This document shows, piece by piece, positions 43,316 to 53,467 of a stretch of 54,910 nt of DNA (the stretch's first letter is position 1; every line of letters begins with the position of its first letter). The position numbers and the translations under genes are program-made. The stretch comes from an uncultured Gammaproteobacteria bacterium (GTDB lineage Bacteria; Patescibacteriota; Microgenomatia; JALYQM01), in NCBI GenBank assembly GCA_964525495.1, contig CAZGHS010000009.1, positions 1-54,910 of the forward strand, written 5' to 3'. Under the pieces are notes generated by a model that was not told where the DNA came from, did no database searches, and saw nothing but the letters and a program-made list of their open reading frames with translations.

Positions 43316-44737
43316 ATGAAATATTTTTTTGCGCTTTGTTTTTTCATACTTTTTTTCAGTTTGACTCTTTTTCGTGATATTCCTTCGCTATATTTTTTTT
43401 CAGATGACTTTATTTGGCTGTTGGATGCGAAGCATGATGGTGTGGAGAAGATTGGAACTTATTTTGTTGACTCGGGAGGTTTTTTTTATCGGCCAGTTAC
43501 CAAAGTTTATTTTTGGGTGATGTGGCGAGCAGTTCAGGACCAGGCATACTGGTATCACATAGTGAATATTGTTCTGCATATCCTGGTGAGTTTAAGTGTG
43601 TTTTTTACGTCATCACTATTACTTGGTCGGGTGTTGGATAAAAAGAAAAATGGACCGCGACTTTATATTTCTTTCGCAACGGCATTATTGTTTTTCGTAC
43701 ACTCAGCTCACTTGGAAAATATAATTTGGATAAGTGCCGTGGGTGAATTGATTCCGGCTTTGTGTACTTTGGTTGGAATGTGTTTGTTGGGTAAATATTA
43801 TAGTACTCCACGATTTGTTTATATTGGCGCTCTATTATTGCTTTTTGTATTAGGGCTGGGATGTCATGAGTATATGGTGGTGTATCCTGTAGTGCTGTAT
43901 CTGACTCATCTGTTTTTTGTTATGACCGAAAATGGAAAGCTCTCATTAAAACAATTGTTGGTACAGCCGTTTAAAAAGTCTCGAAATCTGTATGTGTCGC
44001 TTTTTATTATTGAAGTGGTTTACTTGATTCTGAGGGCCGTTGCAGGTTCACACTGGAGTGGGGGAGATTATAGCTACAATTTGGTGTTGTTGCCGTTTAA
44101 TTTTGTAGGAAACTTGATTGGGTATATTGGTATTCTGCTGAGTGGTGTCTGGTTTGTTGATATTTATTTTCAAGCACGATTCTTGTTGCGGGACAATGTA
44201 GTTTTGGCACTGGGAATTTTATTTGCTGGCGGTTTGATATCATTTTTTGTTTTGCGATATTTGTTGCCTTTGCGAAAGACGAAGAGTGCGTATCTCGTTG
44301 GTTTTTCCATTCTTTTTTTTGTTGTTACGCTTTTGCCTTTTTTAGGCTTTGGCGGATTAGCAGAGCGGTATGTGTATCTTGCGTCCTTTAGTTTCATACT
44401 AATTGTCTGTTATCTTTGCTGGTTGATTTCTGTGTGGGTTCAGAATTTTACTGACTCTGTCGCAGATGTGACAGCGTATATTTTGATTATTGGTCTATTT
44501 GTTTGTTATTTTTCATTTGTGATTCTTAAAGATCAGGATAATTGGAAATTTGCGAGTCAATATGTTGCATCGCGCGTTGTGGAGTTTCAAGACAATTGTG
44601 ATCAGTTTAGTGAAGGCGAATTGTTGGTGCGACATTCGCCACCCAATCGTCTTGGCAGGGCATGGGTATATCAGGTTGGATACGAGGAGTCTGCAAATTT
44701 ATATTGCGATAAGAACTTGCGTATCCAACGACGATAG
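43316..44737 (+). CDS. GT-C-type membrane glycosyltransferase (PMT/TMTC-like)
   Basis: 473 aa and polytopic. The N-terminal pattern FFSDDF...FYRPVT...YWYHIVNIVLH matches the FxxDD / YRP / YHxxNxxLH arrangement of PMT_2/TMTC-like enzymes, as recalled. Confidence 0.5.
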   Translation: MKYFFALCFFILFFSLTLFRDIPSLYFFSDDFIWLLDAKHDGVEKIGTYFVDSGGFFYRPVTKVYFWVMWRAVQDQAYWYHIVNIVLHILVSLSVFFTSSLLLGRVLDKKKNGPRLYISFATALLFFVHSAHLENIIWISAVGELIPALCTLVGMCLLGKYYSTPRFVYIGALLLLFVLGLGCHEYMVVYPVVLYLTHLFFVMTENGKLSLKQLLVQPFKKSRNLYVSLFIIEVVYLILRAVAGSHWSGGDYSYNLVLLPFNFVGNLIGYIGILLSGVWFVDIYFQARFLLRDNVVLALGILFAGGLISFFVLRYLLPLRKTKSAYLVGFSILFFVVTLLPFLGFGGLAERYVYLASFSFILIVCYLCWLISVWVQNFTDSVADVTAYILIIGLFVCYFSFVILKDQDNWKFASQYVASRVVEFQDNCDQFSEGELLVRHSPPNRLGRAWVYQVGYEESANLYCDKNLRIQRR

Positions 44738-44742
44738 ACTAT

Positions 44743-46281
44743 ATGAAAAATCCTAAAATACTTCTTTTGTTTGGTTTTTTGTTTCTTACTTTAATTTCGT
44801 ACGTGTACTATAAGCAGTCCGTAAATTTCGCCTACGTTGACGAGGTAAATAATATTGCGGCGGGTTATTTCATGCTGCAAGGTAGGGAATTGTATAAAGA
44901 GATCTTTTTTAATCATCAGATTCTGGGAGGATATGCAAGCTATGCTGTTCAGGCGTTACTGCATCCTCAGAGTTTATACCAGTTGATTGTTTATCACAGG
45001 GTTACTGTTATTGGATTTTCATTTTTGTGTGGACTTGCGCTCGTGTGGAGGTTTCGTTTGATGGGCTTGGGAATTGTCATGCTTTACGAAATAATCAAAT
45101 TCTATGTATTTGGACATCTTTTTCTCGCTGAAGCTTTTGTCGTATATCCATTAGTCTATCTTTTTTGTGTATGCTGGTACCGATTTGTAGCTCAGCGTTC
45201 TATTGGTCGATTTGATTTAACTGTAAGCACATTGGCTGTTTTTTTTGTTGTATTTATGCGTGAGCCGTTTATTCCGCTTGCGGTACTTTTGTATGGAATT
45301 ATTTTGTGGAAATCAAAGCGGCGAGAAGCTGCGGTATCTCTGCTGTTTTTTGTGGTGACGAGTGCTGTTTTGATTTTTACTAGCTCGTGGCAAGAGTATT
45401 ATACGCAGGTGGTGACTGCAAATTTTCAAACTATCATCCCTTCTGAACAAGCGTTGCACGAAACGGGTGGTTATCGATATCTTAAGATGGCTTTTTATCC
45501 TGTTTATATTCTGCTTGCTCCCCAGAAAGGATATTTTGGGGTGGTAAGTAGTTGGATCGCGGTATTATTTTTGGTTTGTATAGGATTACTCGTGTTTAAA
45601 TTTAAAAAATACTGGATTGTTTTGAGTGTTGTTTTTGTATTGGTTTTGGCAAATATTCGATTTGTGCCACCAGCTAATGTGTTTTATTCTGCGTTTCATA
45701 TGACGGTGTGGTACGGATTGGTGATAGCGTTTATTTGTTTATGTCTGGAATATTTGTTTAGCATTAAGCATAAGAAATTGTATATGGTGTTGCTTGGAGG
45801 ATATGTGGGATTAGTTGCTGTCGCGTTCTTTTTGCCAGGCTCGGTTGTATTTGAGAAAGTTGATACACAAAAAGCCTTTAATGAAAATTATGGGCATTAC
45901 TATGCTGCAGGTGAGACTATTCGACGCTTGTCTCAGCCGGACGATCAGGTCTTTGTCGATATGTGGGATATGCTGGTGTACTGGCAGGCGGGGCGGGAAT
46001 CGGCCTATCACTATAGTATTTTTCTACCAATAATGTTGAGTTTGCCCCAGTATTCTGATGCCAGATCGGAAATGTTTGAGCGTAATCCACCAGATTTTTA
46101 TTACGTTGGATGTGGATCTGATGAGTATTTTAGCGGCTTCCTTACTCCGGATGTAGCTCAGAAATACACTCAACTGAAGTCTCGAGGTAAATCTAGTTGT
46201 TTGTATATAAAAAATGAAAAATTGGATACAATAGCACCAGCATCATTAGAATCTATTAAAACGTTAGGTTATGAACTCTAA
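44743..46281 (+). CDS. polytopic membrane protein, possible GT-C glycosyltransferase
   Basis: 512 aa with ~11 TM helices. An acidic first loop (YVDEVNNIAAGY) and a soluble C-terminal domain are present. The functional call is weak. Confidence 0.4.
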   Translation: MKNPKILLLFGFLFLTLISYVYYKQSVNFAYVDEVNNIAAGYFMLQGRELYKEIFFNHQILGGYASYAVQALLHPQSLYQLIVYHRVTVIGFSFLCGLALVWRFRLMGLGIVMLYEIIKFYVFGHLFLAEAFVVYPLVYLFCVCWYRFVAQRSIGRFDLTVSTLAVFFVVFMREPFIPLAVLLYGIILWKSKRREAAVSLLFFVVTSAVLIFTSSWQEYYTQVVTANFQTIIPSEQALHETGGYRYLKMAFYPVYILLAPQKGYFGVVSSWIAVLFLVCIGLLVFKFKKYWIVLSVVFVLVLANIRFVPPANVFYSAFHMTVWYGLVIAFICLCLEYLFSIKHKKLYMVLLGGYVGLVAVAFFLPGSVVFEKVDTQKAFNENYGHYYAAGETIRRLSQPDDQVFVDMWDMLVYWQAGRESAYHYSIFLPIMLSLPQYSDARSEMFERNPPDFYYVGCGSDEYFSGFLTPDVAQKYTQLKSRGKSSCLYIKNEKLDTIAPASLESIKTLGYEL

Positions 46282-47929
46282 AATAAATAAATTTTTACAA
46301 AAAATCCCTTGGATTCCTCTTATTTTGTGTGTGATATTTGGAGGAGCTTTTGTATTCCGGTTGTATCACTTCAATAAGCCTATGGCTGATTTGCATTCGT
46401 GGAGACAGTCAGATACCGCTGCGGTGGCGCGCAATCTTACTACTCACAATTATGATGTGTTGCATCCAGAAATTCAGAGTGCGGTGAATATTGATGGGAT
46501 GCAGCGGGATAATAAACCACGGTATCATTTTGCTGAATTCCCTTTTTATCAGTTAGGCGTTGCGTGGTTGAGTACTATTTTTGATAACTCACCTATTGCT
46601 CATCGATTTGTGCTGAACTATGGAACCGTTTTAGATGACCGAGTAGATAGAGGCGCACCACTAATATCTGATCTGACTATTCGAATGGCCAACTATTCGT
46701 CTGATGACAGCATCGTGAGGGCGGGACGAATTGTTTCGATAGTTTCTTCTCTTGCGTGTATGTGGGTGCTTTATCTGCTAGTGCGTTTGTATTTCTCGGA
46801 GCGAGTAGGATTGTTGAGTACAGCTATTTTTGGATGGTTACCCTTTACGGTGTTTTGGTCTCGCGCAGTGCTTCCGGACATGTTCATGCTGTTGTTTATT
46901 CTCTTGTTTCTTTACTATTTTAGTCGGTGGATCAACTCCAATAAGCTTGTTTACTTAGTGGTCAGTGCTATTTGTTTTTCCGTGGCGTTGCTTCTCAAGG
47001 CATTTGCTCCCTTTATGCTTTTGCCCGTAGTTTATTTGTTATGGTCAAAATATAAATTCGCTTTTTTGAAAAAACCGGTCTTGTGGATTCTTGCACTTCT
47101 GGCTATATTGCCCTTTATTGCTTGGCGTATGTGGATGCAGCAATGGCCGATGAGTATTCCGGCGAGCAATTGGTTGTTTAACGGAAGTCAGATCAGATTT
47201 AAGCCTGCATGGTGGCACTGGATGTTGCAGCAGCGGCTAGATACGTACATGTTTAACGCAACGGGGTTGTTTTTGATTGGGGTTGGCGTAGCGTTGTACA
47301 AAGATGCTGTCGAGTTTTTGCATAATGAAAAGCATTCTCAAGTTGCGAAATATATCTGGTTTTTTCCTCTTTGTTTGCTTAGTTGTTTGATTTATTTTAC
47401 TGTGTTTGCTACGGGAAACGTGCAGCATGAGTATTATCAGATTCCAATTCTACCTTTTGGTTCTGTATTTGCAGCTCTTGGTTTTTGGTATTTGTGGATG
47501 AAAAAGGGTAGTTATATTGAAATGGTTTCCCGACGCTTGAGTGTAATATTCTTGCTTGGAATTACTTTATTGCTTGGGTGGTATTCGGTCAAAGAGTGGT
47601 ATTCAATTAATAATCCAATGTTGGTATATGTAGGACAGCGAGCTGATGATTTGCTACCTAAAGATGCTGTGGTAATCGCTGACTATGGTGGGGATACAAC
47701 ATTTTTGTATTATGTAAATCGACCTGGTTGGAGTGTGCGAGAGAAGCAAGTCGATCAATTGATCGAGCGCGGAGCAACGCATTACATTAGTATGTACCGC
47801 AACGAGTATATGAATCGATTGGCGAAGCTTTATACTGTGGTTGATGAGAGTCCTGAGTATGTTATTTTGGATTTGAGGCAGAAAACAAATAATCCGGAAT
47901 GGTCAACGATCGAGAGGTACGAGCTTTAA
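46271..47929 (+). CDS. GT-C glycosyltransferase, ArnT/GT39/GT83-like
   Basis: 552 aa and polytopic. The first loop, DLHSWRQSDTAAVARN, is typical of ArnT-like family members. It has an 11-nt overlap with the upstream gene. Confidence 0.6.
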   Translation: MNSKINKFLQKIPWIPLILCVIFGGAFVFRLYHFNKPMADLHSWRQSDTAAVARNLTTHNYDVLHPEIQSAVNIDGMQRDNKPRYHFAEFPFYQLGVAWLSTIFDNSPIAHRFVLNYGTVLDDRVDRGAPLISDLTIRMANYSSDDSIVRAGRIVSIVSSLACMWVLYLLVRLYFSERVGLLSTAIFGWLPFTVFWSRAVLPDMFMLLFILLFLYYFSRWINSNKLVYLVVSAICFSVALLLKAFAPFMLLPVVYLLWSKYKFAFLKKPVLWILALLAILPFIAWRMWMQQWPMSIPASNWLFNGSQIRFKPAWWHWMLQQRLDTYMFNATGLFLIGVGVALYKDAVEFLHNEKHSQVAKYIWFFPLCLLSCLIYFTVFATGNVQHEYYQIPILPFGSVFAALGFWYLWMKKGSYIEMVSRRLSVIFLLGITLLLGWYSVKEWYSINNPMLVYVGQRADDLLPKDAVVIADYGGDTTFLYYVNRPGWSVREKQVDQLIERGATHYISMYRNEYMNRLAKLYTVVDESPEYVILDLRQKTNNPEWSTIERYEL

Positions 47930-49164
47930 TGAGAATTTTACTTGTTTCGCCGCTCTGCCCTTTGCCATTGGAAAAAGGTGGTGCTGTGCGTATTTGGAAT
48001 ATTGCGAAGCATTTGTCTAAAAATTATGTAGTGGATCTTGTATGTTTTATTCGTGATGAAGGGGAAAAGCGGCACGAAGATTCTTTAAAAAAAGTTTTTA
48101 ATTCCGTTAAATTTATAAAGCGACGCGGACTTCTTGATCGCAGTGCTTTGACTGGCGGTTTACTTGCGCCAGTTCGATTTGTGATTTCTAATTCTTCACT
48201 TTTAAGTGATACATTGTTTTCGTCACGTCCGCTCTTGTCTCATTTGTATGATTCTGCTGAGATGCGGGAGTTTCTTCTCGAAGCGGATCGATCGGGGAAG
48301 TATAGTTTGATTTATGCAGAAACTTTTTATGGTATTGCATCTTTGAAAGATCAACTAAAAAATATCCGTACTAAAATGCTTCTTGTTGAACAAAATATTG
48401 AATCTCAAGCTTATGCAAGGCAAGCAGACCAGCAAGATAATCCTTTGCTTAAACGCTTGATGAAACTTGATGTTGCTAAAATTTATGCTGAAGAAGGGTA
48501 TTTTTGGAATAATTGTTCTGTAGTCGGTGGTTTGTCGGATGTAGATGTATCTGAGATTAAGAAACGAAGTGGTAACGATACTGTGTGGCAAATTGATAAC
48601 GGAGTAGATGTTGCTCATTTCTCTGAAAAAGTTATCTCACGTAAAGATGATGAATTATTATTTGTTGGCTCCTTAAGTTATTTTCAAAATATTGATGCGC
48701 TTAAATGGTTGATAGATGAGATTTGGCCTTCGATAAAAAATAAGAATGTTAGCTTGCGAATAGTTGGCAGAGGTGCTGACTCTGCGCTTAAACATTACGT
48801 GCATGAGCAAGGATTGGTGATTGATGAATCGGTGGAAGATATTCGTGAAGCTTTTCAGAGCGCAACAATGCTGGTTGCACCTATTCGAGCAGGTAGTGGT
48901 ACAAAATATAAGGTGTTGGAATCTATGGCTTCACATTTACCTGTAGTCACTACGACGGTGGGTGCAGAGGGCTTGCGAATCATGTCTGGAGAAGAAGCAT
49001 TGATAGCTGATTCCGCTGAGGGACTCGTTGCACATATAGATACGTTGTTACAAGATGACCAATATCGAGACGTACTGGCTCAGAAGGCGTATGAGTTCGT
49101 ATCAACCCAGTATGATTGGAAAAGTATAGTTAGTCGGTTTGAGGAAAGTTTAGCGACCTTATGA
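47929..49164 (+). CDS. glycosyltransferase family 4 (GT-B)
   Basis: The start is trimmed to MRILLVSP (TAATG overlap). The C-terminal part has GSGTKYKVLESMASHLPVVTT. Confidence 0.8.
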   Translation: MRILLVSPLCPLPLEKGGAVRIWNIAKHLSKNYVVDLVCFIRDEGEKRHEDSLKKVFNSVKFIKRRGLLDRSALTGGLLAPVRFVISNSSLLSDTLFSSRPLLSHLYDSAEMREFLLEADRSGKYSLIYAETFYGIASLKDQLKNIRTKMLLVEQNIESQAYARQADQQDNPLLKRLMKLDVAKIYAEEGYFWNNCSVVGGLSDVDVSEIKKRSGNDTVWQIDNGVDVAHFSEKVISRKDDELLFVGSLSYFQNIDALKWLIDEIWPSIKNKNVSLRIVGRGADSALKHYVHEQGLVIDESVEDIREAFQSATMLVAPIRAGSGTKYKVLESMASHLPVVTTTVGAEGLRIMSGEEALIADSAEGLVAHIDTLLQDDQYRDVLAQKAYEFVSTQYDWKSIVSRFEESLATL

Positions 49165-50081
49165 TAGATGTTTCAATTATTATCTTAAGTTATAACGGCA
49201 AAGCATTACTTGCCCAGACACTAGACTCGGTTAAGAATGCGGCTATTTCGCGCATAAATGTTGAAACTATTGTGTCTGATAATGGATCTACAGATGGAAG
49301 TATTGAACTTGTTGTTCGTGATTATCCATGGGTAAAATTGCTCGAAAACGGTGATAATTTAGGATACTCGAAAGGGAATAATCGAGGGATTGCTGTTGCG
49401 AGTGGTAAGTATATTTTGTTTTTAAATTCTGATACGAAGATTTCTCAAGGGGTTATTGAATACATATATGATCAGATGGAAAAGGACTCTTCGATTGGTG
49501 TTGCTACGTGTCGCGTAGAGCTTGCAAATGGAGAGATTGATCCTGCAAGTCATCGTGGATTTCCTACGCCATGGAGAGCATTTTGTTATTTTGTTGGACT
49601 TGAACGTCTTGCTATACAGTCCAATCTTCCGAATCCTGTTAAAGAGTTTTTTGGAGGATATCATCTGGTGGAGCGAGATTTGACTGTGTCTCATGAGGTT
49701 GATGCCTGTACGGGAGCTTTTTTGATGATTTCACGGTCTTTAGGCGATCAGATTGAATGGTGGAGTGAGGATTATTTTATGTACGGTGAGGACTTGGATT
49801 TTTGTTATAAAGTGAAGTCGATTGGTAAAAAGATACTGTATTTTCCTGAATATACCATTTTGCATTTGAAGCATCAAAGTGGATTGAAAAGAGATACTCG
49901 TGCGGATGATGTTGAATTGGAAAAGAAGCGGGCTATAAAGCGTAAAACAACTGAGGCTTTTTATGATGCAATGATAATTTTTTATGAAAAGTTTTATAAG
50001 GATCAATATCCGTTTGTTGTGCGATATATGGTTTACTCGTTTGTTCGCGTTAAGAAATGGTATGCGCTATCAAAAATATAA
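49161..50081 (+). CDS. glycosyltransferase family 2
   Basis: 306 aa with SIIILSYNG...VSDNGSTDGS...GYSKGNN...LNSD. It has an ATGA overlap with the upstream gene. Confidence 0.85.
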   Translation: MIDVSIIILSYNGKALLAQTLDSVKNAAISRINVETIVSDNGSTDGSIELVVRDYPWVKLLENGDNLGYSKGNNRGIAVASGKYILFLNSDTKISQGVIEYIYDQMEKDSSIGVATCRVELANGEIDPASHRGFPTPWRAFCYFVGLERLAIQSNLPNPVKEFFGGYHLVERDLTVSHEVDACTGAFLMISRSLGDQIEWWSEDYFMYGEDLDFCYKVKSIGKKILYFPEYTILHLKHQSGLKRDTRADDVELEKKRAIKRKTTEAFYDAMIIFYEKFYKDQYPFVVRYMVYSFVRVKKWYALSKI

Positions 50082-50089
50082 GGAGAGCT

Positions 50090-51202
50090 ATGCGAATTGG
50101 TATTGATGTGCGAATGTGGCGTGAGTCGGGTATAGGAAGATATATTCGCAATCTCGTTAGACAATTAGTTGTTCTGGATACACAAAATGAGTATGTGCTT
50201 TTTGGTTTAGATAGCGATCGCGATGCTATTCTCGAATTGATTCGCGTAGGGCAACGAAGATGGAAATTTGTATCTGCCAATTTTCGTTGGTACTCAGTTA
50301 CTGAACAACTTGGTATGCCGACTCTTTTGAATAATGAGCATTTGGATTTGATGCATTTTCCACATTTTAATGTTCCGATTCTGTACTCTAAGCCATTTGT
50401 CGTAACAATTCATGATATGACTCATTATCAGTTTTCGATGCAGAGAGCTTCGACATTGCCTCCATTTTTGTATGGAGTTAAGCATACAGCATATTCCTTT
50501 GTATTCGAGCAAGCGCTTCGTCGAAGTAAGCAAGTTTTGACTATTTCCCAGTATGTTAAAAATGCGCTGATTCAGAGGTTTGATATTGCCGATTCTAAAT
50601 TAACGGTGAGTTATGAAGCTGTAGATGACTCGTTGTCTCGCTTTGCCAGCTCACATATAAATGTTTCTTCGAGTCCTTATTTTCTGTATGTTGGAAACGC
50701 ACATCCGCATAAAAATTTGGAACTATTACTCGAAGGATTTCAGAAGTTTCGTGCTGCTCATCCTGAATATTGTTTGATGCTGGTAGGTAAGAAAAATTAT
50801 TTTTGGGAACAGGTGGAGCAATTTGCAACAGAGAGAAATATTGTTACCAATGTGGTTTTTAAGGGATATGTCGATGATTCTGAATTGGCCTCGCTTTATT
50901 CCCATGCTGCAGCGTATGTTTTTCCTTCTTTGTCTGAAGGATTTGGATTGCCGTTACTCGAAGCAATGCAACAAGAATGTCCTGTGATAAGTTCTAGCGC
51001 TACGTGTTTGCCTGAGATAGCTGGGGATGCTGCGCTTTATTTTGATCCATTGTCGGTAGACTCTTTAGTGGAAGCGATGAATAAAATAGTTCAGGACTCA
51101 GACGTAAGCCGTCAACTGATAGAACGAGGAAAAAAACAAGTTCAGAAATTTAATTGGCGAGATACGGCTGATGCTACGTTGAAAATATATACTTCAGTTT
51201 AA
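50090..51202 (+). CDS. glycosyltransferase family 4 (GT-B)
   Basis: The start is trimmed to MRIGIDV, 4 nt after AGGAG. It has PSLSEGFGLPLLEAMQQECPVI. Confidence 0.85.
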   Translation: MRIGIDVRMWRESGIGRYIRNLVRQLVVLDTQNEYVLFGLDSDRDAILELIRVGQRRWKFVSANFRWYSVTEQLGMPTLLNNEHLDLMHFPHFNVPILYSKPFVVTIHDMTHYQFSMQRASTLPPFLYGVKHTAYSFVFEQALRRSKQVLTISQYVKNALIQRFDIADSKLTVSYEAVDDSLSRFASSHINVSSSPYFLYVGNAHPHKNLELLLEGFQKFRAAHPEYCLMLVGKKNYFWEQVEQFATERNIVTNVVFKGYVDDSELASLYSHAAAYVFPSLSEGFGLPLLEAMQQECPVISSSATCLPEIAGDAALYFDPLSVDSLVEAMNKIVQDSDVSRQLIERGKKQVQKFNWRDTADATLKIYTSV

Positions 51203-51207
51203 GTTAG

Positions 51208-51846
51208 TTATTTATTTGTTTGATCATTACCAGGCTGGTTGTTCATGTACTGGTCGTACGGTGTTACGTATGTGCTTGGATCCTGTTTGACTGGTGGTGT
51301 GAATTGGCTTGGTGGTGGAACAGGGTTTGATGGTGGAACAACTTCGTTAGCTTTATTTGAGCGTCGGGCTATTACCAGTGCAACTCCTCCTCCGATAAGT
51401 AATAATCCTACGATTATGCCAATGATTATTGGAATATTGCTATTGGATTGGACCTGGACTACTGGTGCAGGTGAAGGAGTAGCGTTTTCATTTGTTTCGC
51501 CTGGAAGATTAAGCTCAAAAGTTGGTACTGGAGTTGGCTCACTTGGAATGGTTGGAGCAACTGTAGGCCGAGCTGTTGCTACTGGAGTTGCGGATGGTGA
51601 AGCGGTAGAGGTAGCTCTAACTGTTGGAGAAGGAGTAGCTGGTACGTTTGTAGCCTCATCTGATCCACCTATAGGTGGAACTGTTGAATCAACCGGTTCT
51701 TCCGCGCCAGCGAAAACAGAGTCTGATTCGCCTGTATCTGCTGAATATTTAGGGAATTGGATAGCGAAGATGCCAAGCAAAAATATAGCCACAACGAAAA
51801 GGCTTATGTAGAGTGATTTTTGGGCGCTTTGTTGTGCTTTATTCAT
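51208..51846 (-). CDS. bitopic membrane protein with Pro/Thr/Ser/Ala-rich ectodomain
   Basis: The start is trimmed to MNKAQQS. It has an N-terminal TM helix and a PT-rich stretch (TNVPATPSPTVRATSTASPSATPVATARPTVAPTIPSEPTPVPT). A second TM helix (IPIIIGIIVGLLLIGGGVALVI) and a Pro-rich tail follow. Confidence 0.5.
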   Translation of the reverse strand: MNKAQQSAQKSLYISLFVVAIFLLGIFAIQFPKYSADTGESDSVFAGAEEPVDSTVPPIGGSDEATNVPATPSPTVRATSTASPSATPVATARPTVAPTIPSEPTPVPTFELNLPGETNENATPSPAPVVQVQSNSNIPIIIGIIVGLLLIGGGVALVIARRSNKANEVVPPSNPVPPPSQFTPPVKQDPSTYVTPYDQYMNNQPGNDQTNK

Positions 51847-52083
51847 ATATATAAACTGTATCATTACCTATTTGGTCTTTTCAATACCCTAGATTATACT
51901 ACATAGTACTATGAGCATTTTTAAACCTACTTTGATATATTTTACACCCCAAGGGTACTTATGCCTTTCAGGCAAGGCGCGTCACACGCAAGCGCCTCGC
52001 GTAGTTGCTCTCTTCGCAACTATTGTATAGCTCAGAAGGTCGACTTTTAAAATATATCTACAGTGGTTTAATCGAAAGGATAT

Positions 52084-53034
52084 ATGATTCGAGATGTTAT
52101 TGTTATTGGTTCAGGGCCTGCAGGCCTCACTGCAGCACTTTATTTAGCGCGCGCTAACCTTAAGCCTTTGGTTATTGCTGGTAGCCAGCCTGGTGGTCAA
52201 TTAATGATCACGACAGAGGTAGATAATTATCCAGGGTTTCCTGAAGGTATACAGGGTCCTGAGTTGATGCAACGTATGGTTGATCAGATTAAGCGCTTTG
52301 GCGCTGAGGTTATTAATGAGGACGTCACAAAAGTTGATTTCTCTCGTTCGGATATCGAGAAAGAGCCACTTCGTTTGTGGATAGGAGATACCGAGTATCA
52401 GTCACGCGCCGTGGTTGTTGCAACTGGTGCGAGTGCCTTGTGGCTTGGCTTGGAGTCGGAAGAGCGATTACGTGGACATGGCGTATCGGCCTGTGCTACA
52501 TGTGATGGTTTTTTCTTTCGTAATAAAAATATTGCAGTAGTAGGTGGTGGCGATACTGCGATGGAAGAGGCAACATTTTTAACTCGATTTGCAGCGAAGG
52601 TTACTATTATCCATCGACGAGATAGTTTGCGTGCAAGTAAAATAATGCAGGATAAAGCAAAGAATGATCCGAAGATCTCCTTTTTGTGGGATTCAGCTGT
52701 AGAGGAAGTCTTGGGAGATGATAAAGTGACAGGTTTGAGGGTACGCAATTTGAAAACTAATGACGTGCAGGATATGCCGTTTGATGGTTTATTTTTGGCG
52801 ATCGGTCATAAACCGAATACTTCAGTGTTTAAGGATTCAGGACTTATATTTGATGATGGTGGGTATTTGGTAGCAGAGCATGAGACGTGGTCAAAATTGG
52901 AAGGCGTTTTTCTGGCGGGAGATGTCGTAGATCATGAGTATCGACAGGCTATCACTGCAGCGGGTTCTGGTTGTAAGGCTGCGATTGATGTGGAGCGATG
53001 GTTAGGAAAGGCAGTTACACAGACTAACTGGTAA
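52084..53034 (+). CDS. trxB: thioredoxin-disulfide reductase
   Basis: 316 aa with an FAD motif (VIVIGSGPAGLTAALY), the redox-active CATCDG, and an NADPH motif (VVGGGDTAMEEA). Confidence 0.92.
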   Translation: MIRDVIVIGSGPAGLTAALYLARANLKPLVIAGSQPGGQLMITTEVDNYPGFPEGIQGPELMQRMVDQIKRFGAEVINEDVTKVDFSRSDIEKEPLRLWIGDTEYQSRAVVVATGASALWLGLESEERLRGHGVSACATCDGFFFRNKNIAVVGGGDTAMEEATFLTRFAAKVTIIHRRDSLRASKIMQDKAKNDPKISFLWDSAVEEVLGDDKVTGLRVRNLKTNDVQDMPFDGLFLAIGHKPNTSVFKDSGLIFDDGGYLVAEHETWSKLEGVFLAGDVVDHEYRQAITAAGSGCKAAIDVERWLGKAVTQTNW

Positions 53035-53200
53035 TTAATTTATCTCGTAACATCTTTTTTCTCAAGAATGAAGCTTTTGTTTTCAATTTCATAAAGTGTT
53101 ACTAACTGATAACGATGTCGGCTCAAGAGTTCGCCGTCCACAATGTCGCGGGAACATTCTTAGCGAAAGAAGGATATTACTTTGATAAATGTATTACAAA

Positions 53201-53255
53201 AACAACCCCTTTGTGATAAATACCAATGTATCTATTCAAAGAGGTTGTTTTTTAT
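53201..53255. terminator. bidirectional terminator hairpin
   Basis: AACAACCCCTTTG (53201-53213) pairs with CAAAGAGGTTGTT (53237-53249). An A-tract lies on the left and a T-tract on the right. Confidence 0.55.
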
Positions 53256-53266
53256 TTTTAACTAAT

Positions 53267-53467
53267 TTATTTTGTTTCTTCTGGAACGTTAAGTGAATCG
53301 TACACGTCTTTGCCAACAAACTTTGTTAAGTTAGTGCCATTAACCTGTGCGCGAACTGCATAACGTACTTGATCGCCTTTTGAAGTCTTGCGAATATATT
53401 TTGTCTTTTTTAATTCAGTATCTGCTACGTCTACTTTTGAACGAGTTTTAACATTATAAAATTGCAT
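53267..53467 (-). CDS. small basic protein (66 aa), hypothetical
   Basis: The start is trimmed to MQFYNVKTRSKV, with AAGGTGGTGA upstream. The protein is Lys/Arg-rich and beta-strand-like. A terminator lies downstream. Confidence 0.5.
   Translation of the reverse strand: MQFYNVKTRSKVDVADTELKKTKYIRKTSKGDQVRYAVRAQVNGTNLTKFVGKDVYDSLNVPEETK

Noticed and set aside
51953-52020. A GC-rich patch upstream of trxB with small stems (GGCGC...GCGCC, TAGTTGC...GCAACTA). It shares the 10-mer TGCCTTTCAG with 35870-35879.
   Set aside because: The stems are short (5-7 bp). The shared 10-mer is within chance expectation for a 55-kb window, and there is no extended similarity to the sufS-sufU element. It is probably just a trxB leader.
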